From NCBI GenBank assembly GCA_951406725.2, contig OX597820.1, forward strand, positions 64,976,001 through 65,040,000: a DNA stretch of 64,000 nucleotides. Reading direction: 5' to 3'. The position numbers and the translations under genes are program-made. The DNA is from Octopus vulgaris (taxonomy: Eukaryota). Below are positions 58,499-64,000 of this stretch, piece after piece (positions within the stretch are counted from its first letter, which is position 1; each line of letters opens with the position of its first letter). Below the pieces are notes generated by a model. It worked only from the letters and a program-made list of their open reading frames with translations. It was not told where the DNA came from and did no database searches.

Positions 58499-58939
58499 AC
58501 ACTTACATACAAAGGCACACACATACACTGGCACATACACATTGATGGCTGTTGAGGTTAAGTATGAGGTTAAGTATGGAAGCGCGTAGACGGTTTTCTA
58601 AATAGTACTTGCCGTGTCACAATGTATTTAGAAATCCCGTTATTTTGATTCATGAAAGTTTCTACGTTTCGACACCAACAACATAAATTGACAGTCCTGC
58701 TTTGGACAATGTTGCTATTGTTTAGCCCCAAGTAAATGCCTTTTCCAACTGGCTACATGCACATCCTCTGTGTCCGTATACAGTGAGCAAGGAAGTTAAT
58801 GCTCCCCCGCCAGCCTTAGTGTTACCTGCGGACCAATGGTTTCTGAGTACTTTTCTTTCCACGGTACAGGACAATCGCTGGTTAGAGATGGCAGCCACTC
58901 GACCTCGCTCACAGTGTATACTTTTAAAGTGACACACCA

Positions 58940-58989
58940 ACACTCTCGTAAACATCTCGTAAACACTCTCGTAAACACTCTCGTAAACA
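58940..58989. repeat. 12-bp minisatellite ACACTCTCGTAA, about 4 copies
   Basis: Directly visible. Confidence 0.9.
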
Positions 58990-59040
58990 GAGACACAACT
59001 AGTTTTACATCTCTGAGCGGGAAATATGTAGTATCAATTC

Positions 59041-59334
59041 TGTATAGTAAAGTCTATTTGCCTACGTAAAGTGGCAGTCTTGCTTAGGACGATATTACTG
59101 CTGTTGAGCCCCAGGAAAGCATTTTTCCCAGAAAAGGATATTACCCAGAATCCATTTGGCCTGCAGGTATCACTAAGGCTGGAGGAGGAGCATTAACTCC
59201 CTTGCTCACAGTTTACTGGCACAGATGATGTGTCGGTAGCCAGCAGGAAAAGAAGTTTTCCTGTGTCGAAACAGCAGTAACATCGTCCTAAGCAGGACTG
59301 CCACTTTACGTTGGCAAATAGACTTTACTATACA
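59041..59334. repeat. inverted repeat (~88-bp arms, ~117-nt spacer) nested in an older inverted repeat with 58650-58860
   Basis: TGTATAGTAAAGTCTATTTGCC.ACGTAAAGTGGCAGTC is mirrored near 59295-59334. The spacer is the reverse complement of about 58740-58860. Confidence 0.9.
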
Positions 59335-60204
59335 TACATCCATACATATATATTTTGGACAAGTGTGTTCTATAATAACACCGGGCCAACTAAAGCCTTG
59401 TGAGTGGATTTTGTAGTCGGGAACTGAAAAAGGCCGGTTGTGCATTATGTATAAATGTGTATATGTGTCTTTCTATCTGTGTTTGTCCCACCATCACCCA
59501 TCACGGTTTGCCAAGTGGTGCTGGTGTGTTTATGCCCCCGTAACTGTAACTAGTGGTTCGGCAAAAAGAAACAGATAGAATAAGTATCAAGCTTAAAAAT
59601 ATAATTACTGGGGTCGATACCTCCGCCTAAATGTTCTGTAAGGCGGTGCCCCAGTATGGCCGCATACTAATAACTGAAACAAGAAAAGAAACATGGAAAA
59701 GAAAGCATACATATGTATATAAATATGAATATATGCGTATGTTCATATATATGTGTGTGTGTATGTGTGTGTGTGTGTCTGTCTGTCTGTATGTATATAC
59801 CTATATGTATATGACAAGTAAAATTTAACATGCATTAGTGGCAATTTAAAATACACCTCATTTCCTCATAAATTGTTTAAAGATATTTTAATCAGGCTTT
59901 ACTGAGTTTCAATGCTTTGGTTATTCAACTTGTGAATATCTTCGGCAGCAACGGATATAGCGTTGACCATTTTGGTCAGGAATTGAGAAATCTCAGAACA
60001 TGAGAAAGCTACGTCTCATGAAAATATCCTAAGATAATTTCGGTTATATTGAGGTTTATTTGACACCGCCAATAAACGCGTTGAGTTATATTAGTTGTCG
60101 AGAGATATATAAATTAACTCCATATCCGTTATATTGATTGCATGATGTCATATGATATTTACTTAATTACCGCGTGTATGCATTTGTATATATATATGTG
60201 TATA

Positions 60205-60316
<112 letters not shown>

Positions 60317-60597
60317 AGTGTATATGTGTGGGGGTGGGGTAGTGTATGTGTGCTTACGTATCGAATGCCTGCTATCTCCTCCCGCACACGTCCATTCATC
60401 TGTTTCTTCTTTCTTCTGAAACGTCTTTCTCCAAGTTTCCTCAGTATAGTTTTATCATCAAATATTTTCTTTGTTCGTTTGTTTGTTTGTTTCATTGCAT
60501 TATATTTATTTACTTTTTAATTTATTACGCTTATTTATCTTTCCCACGTCTTTTTTTTCTCCCTTACTGTGTACGTATGTATAGATATGTGTGTGCG

Positions 60598-60634
<37 letters not shown>

Positions 60635-61059
60635 CCCGATTGCCCCTGCCGCTGCTGTAGCTCTCGCTTTCGTTGTTGTTTCTTCCCCACAACCAACAGT
60701 CACTCGTTCATAATATCCTCTTTGTTGCTTTAGGTTATTTTCCCCCGGAAATATACAAATATAAAAACAAAAATATAACAGACACGTATGTAATGTGATA
60801 AAAATATTATCATCGTCAACATCATCACCACCATCTTCTTCGACGTCCTCTCCGTCGACCTCTTCGGCGTCTCAGTCATATTCTTCGTCATAAGCATAAC
60901 AGCGATATTCTTTTTGTTACTGTTGTTATTAATATTCTTCCGATTATCAATATCAGTTAGTAATCAATATTACTATGATTATCGTGGTTTTTCTTGTTAA
61001 GCTTCTATTATCGGAAAGAAAATCAATATTGGTTTAAAACTAACATTAACATTGTGATT

Positions 61060-61103
<44 letters not shown>

Positions 61104-61317
61104 CTTGTTCTTTGTAGCTGTTGTTGTTGTTGTTGTTGTTGTTCTTGTTCTTGTTAAAATAATAATAACTTTTGTTATTGTTATTGGTACTGTATTTCCT
61201 GTTGTTTTTGTTGGGTTATTTCTCTGTTGCTGTTAGTTGTTCCTGCTGCTGTTGCTCTTACCACCACCACCACCATCACAATTACTACTACTACTTCTAC
61301 TACTACTACTACTACTG

Positions 61318-61394
<77 letters not shown>

Positions 61395-61559
61395 GCTGCT
61401 GCTGCGACTGTTGCTGCTACTGCTGCTGCTGAATGTTACCGGAAATGTGCTATAATTGCATTATCGTGTGTGTTTACTGTTATTATTTAATGAAATAAGA
61501 AATGGCTACTTGTCAGTAACTCTTATTTTATCAGCCAACAATAACATTAGTAGCATCAA

Positions 61560-61598
<39 letters not shown>

Positions 61599-62250
61599 TT
61601 ATCGTCATCAATGACAACAACAACAACAACAACAACAATGCCATTACCATCTTTAACAACAACAAACGTTATCGCTACCAACAAGAAATAATAAACAAAA
61701 GCGAAAAAAACATCAAAAGCAACGGCTGCATCAATAACATCGAATACACGAATAACAACCGTTTCATCAACAATGAGAGCATAGCTATGTAAAGGCTCAA
61801 CATCTGCTAGAAATAGCAGATAAGTCACCCTAAAATCACACGTAAGTTTCTTAGGAAAAAAGAAGGCACGTAGGGTAGTGTAGTCAAATTCTTTTATAAT
61901 TTTATACTTTTAATATTTTATTCATTTACTTCTTTCTGCCATTAGATGTTTAGTCAAACGAATCGAGCTCATTATTTTTATTTTTACGCCGGTTAATTAT
62001 ACTATCGGTTTCTTTTACCGAACTGATAAGTCACAGGGACATAAAAAAAACTACACCGCTTATCAAGCGATATTGGTGACAAAACTGACATAGAAACAGA
62101 CGCACACGGTGCATGAGCACGGTAGACGAAAACTGGAAGCCCGTCATACATACATACATACATACATACATACATACATACATACATACATACATACATA
62201 CATACATACATAAATACATACATACATACATACATGCATACACACATATA

Positions 62251-62280
<30 letters not shown>

Positions 62281-62285
<5 letters not shown>

Positions 62286-62447
62286 AGGCACATGGCCTAC
62301 TGGTTAGAGCGGCGAACTCGCGGTCGACAGATTGCGGGTCCGAATTTCAGACCGGGCGATGTGTGTGTTTATGAGCGAAACACCTAAGCTCCAGCAGAAG
62401 ATAATGACGAACTTCTGCTGACTCTTTCGCCAAAACTTTCTCTCACA
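62281..62447 (+). mobile_element. 3'-truncated SINE family C
   Basis: ggaggcacatggcctactggttagagc head. Confidence 0.85.
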
Positions 62448-63699
62448 TTGTGGTCAGAATTTTTGAAGAAGATGTGCGTGCATTTGTTCAGAGTCTATTC
62501 TATATGTCAAAAGAATGGAATAAATACAGTTAATCATACGTCTTCAGGATAAGACATAACATGGAGGTCAACAAGGACACCAATAACACCATCGATTAAA
62601 ACGTGCTAAAAGGGAAGCTACGTAGTGGTCGCCGGTTGTGTTAGATGTAACGGTCATAGTTTTCTCGAATTACAATCTAATTCAGTAGTAGAATGCATTG
62701 GAAAATTTTGCTCAAAATGAGTGATGATGAACCTATGACAGGCCAGATTTTAGGCTTGGGTTTAGCATAGGAAACCACAGAAAGAAGAACTTACCTTCCG
62801 TTTTTAAGTATTTACCAAAATATTAAAATATATCTACAGAAATGTAACATTCTAAAAATGGGATTAATAGATAAATTAGAATTTCGACATACTTGCTAAA
62901 TAAATATTGTTGATTTTATGGTTTCAAATTTCACTTTGCAATAATGTGCTTTCGGAGTCATATGTGTGTGTATGTGTGTGTATATGTGTATGTTTGACTG
63001 TATGCTTGTGCGTGTGAATGTGTATGTGTGTTTGTACATATCTATGAGTGTATGTGTGTATACATATCTATATGTGTGTCTTTGTGATTCCGTTGTGTTT
63101 CTACGCAGCATCCACTTGACAATCGGTGTTGTGTTGTTTACGTCCCTGTAACATATGACCTCGGCAAGCGAGATCAATGTACTAATTGTCAGGCTTAGAA
63201 AAAGGTCGATTTGCTCGGCTAAATCCTTCGTGGCGGTGTCTTTCTATGGTTTCTCTCCAATGATTACAACATATAACAGCTAAAAGATTCAACTGTCCAA
63301 GAGACACAATATTCGCAATAAAGAGAGTGATTAAACAACATTGCCATAGGACTGCTAAAAGAAATCACCATTGTTCTGAGCAAACATAAAAAACTACAAT
63401 AATAACTCTAAAACCGGTTGTACTTCTACTTTCGAGATGTTGTATTTATGATAATAGTTTTGTCATCGTCGGTGTTGCTAGATTTCGTGAGGTATTGTAT
63501 GATATTTGGTTGTGTCTAAGGGGATTCGTTACGCGAATATTATTAACACACGCACTATTAGGAATATTGCCATAATGGCTCTCCCTAGACACTGCAAAAT
63601 TCGATTTAACACTCGAATACACATAAAGAATATGGCGAACTAGATACAAAAACGAAGTATTGTATGGTATTTCTATTGATATTACTGAGTCTTTGCAAA

Positions 63700-63916
63700 G
63701 GCTGCGAGCTAACAAAATAGTTAGCACGCCGGACAAAAGGCTTATCAGTAATTCATCCGTCTTTACGTTCTGGGTTCAAATTCCGCCGATATCAGCTTTG
63801 CGTTTCGTCCTTTCGGAGTCGATTGAATAAGCAATACCCGAGAATTGCTGTCGATGTAATCGATTAGCCCCCCACTCTCCCAAATTTGCCGGCCTTGTGC
63901 CTATACTAGAAGGGAA
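63700..63916 (+). mobile_element. SINE family A monomer
   Basis: ggctgcgagct...gttagcacgccgg...gttcaaattccgccga...ggccttgtgcc. Confidence 0.82.
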
Positions 63917-64000
63917 TACGAATTCTTTGCCATTATGGTGGGCATCACCGTCTCCATGAAACCATAACAACGATCATCATAACTATCATTTTTACCAACA

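Overview
AT-rich, microsatellite-saturated, animal non-coding DNA with no recognisable intact host protein gene. The SINE families and the (TA)/(TATC)/(ATT)/(TATG) density suggest an octopus (coleoid cephalopod) genome; this is an inference from recalled repeat families. Most ORFs in the track are microsatellite artefacts. Recognisable content: four tRNA-derived SINE families (labelled A-D here), R4/Dong-type RLE non-LTR elements next to (TAA)n, RTE fragments, a Tx1/L1-like ORF1-only element, a decayed Gypsy element split by three SINEs, a full-length but frameshifted mariner, and Penelope-like fragments with hammerhead-ribozyme relics. The most unusual structures are: (i) a 428-bp TIR element with telomere-like TTAGGG repeats lying exactly between two ~248-bp direct copies of its flank; (ii) a pre-miRNA-like hairpin at 24.1-24.2 kb inside a putative non-coding exon; (iii) three long fold-back palindromes; (iv) head/tail module swapping among the SINEs, with one tail resembling the 3' end of the Tx1-like element. 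All alignments were done by eye, and boundaries of decayed elements are approximate.
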